DNA of 29,865 bases, counting the filler, from an uncultured Rhodopirellula sp. (GTDB taxonomy: Bacteria; Planctomycetota; Planctomycetia; Pirellulales; Pirellulaceae), in NCBI GenBank assembly GCA_964007735.1. It is 9 parts of 9 records of this genome, joined end to end, with 100 filler letters (N's around TTAATTAATTAA, not from the genome) between each part and the next. Parts side by side here need not be neighbours in the genome. Positions count along the whole stretch, not along the records: positions 27,237 to 29,865 come from CAXGAI010000128.1; 8 more parts are not named here. One strand, given 5' to 3'. The notes beneath the pieces are model-generated. The model searched no databases and had not been told where the DNA came from. It saw only the letters and a program-made list of their open reading frames with translations. The translations under genes were made by a program, and so were the position numbers. Each line of letters starts with the position of its first letter. Position 1 is the first letter of the stretch. Below are positions 29,654 through 29,865 of this stretch, one piece after another.

Positions 29654-29865
29654 TCACTCCCACTCAACCGTGCCGGGCGGCTTGGAAGTTATGTCGTACA
29701 CCACCCGGTTGATACCACGAACCTCATTGATGATCCGGTTCGCTGTCCGTCCTAAAAACTCGTGATTGTAAGGATAGTAATCCGCCGTCATGCCGTCCGC
29801 GGAAGTCACAGCGCGCAGCGCGCAAACATTGTCGTAGGTCCGTGCATCGCCCATGACGCCTACGG
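29654..29865 (-). CDS. guaA: GMP synthase, C-terminus (5' truncated by window edge)
   Basis: [10 protein letters not shown]...[13 protein letters not shown]...[27 protein letters not shown]. Confidence 0.97.
   Translation of the reverse strand, partial: VGVMGDARTYDNVCALRAVTSADGMTADYYPYNHEFLGRTANRIINEVRGINRVVYDITSKPPGTVEWE

Overview
This window is not one locus. It is nine short contigs joined by artificial 100-nt linkers (44 N + TTAATTAATTAA + 44 N). The seven complete contigs are sorted by decreasing length (3970, 3735, 3317, 3006, 2845, 2804, 2727 nt) and apparently come from several bacterial lineages. Contig 1 (1-4032): MBL-fold hydrolase end, filamentous-haemagglutinin/TpsA exoprotein, FecR-domain protein. 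Contig 2 (4133-8102): MBL-fold hydrolase, CHASE2 adenylate cyclase, coiled-coil repeat protein. Contig 3 (8203-11937): type-B carboxylesterase, two sulfatases, iteron-like repeats. Contig 4 (12038-15354): hppA end, PAP2, Zn alcohol dehydrogenase, 3-hydroxyacyl-CoA dehydrogenase, M23 peptidase. Contig 5 (15455-18460): tRNA-Ser 3' part, DUF2341/LamG/acetylesterase protein. Contig 6 (18561-21405): DUF1592-family and DUF1552 genes split by a ~1.9-kb insert of a tandem-domain lipoprotein and gene fragments. Contig 7 (21506-24309): FAD oxidoreductase divergent from menD-menH. Contig 8 (24410-27136): tRNA-Val 3' part with an antisense integrase-tail remnant, Asp-box protein, secreted hypothetical. 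Contig 9 (27237-29865): TylF-like pseudogene, isopropylmalate-dehydrogenase-family gene, racemase-like gene, guaA end. The best candidates for under-described biology are a putative surface-sensing cAMP module (TpsA, FecR, CHASE2 cyclase, MBL phosphodiesterase), the interrupted DUF1592-DUF1552 operon and the tRNA-Val integrase scar. All family assignments are from motif recognition, not database searches.
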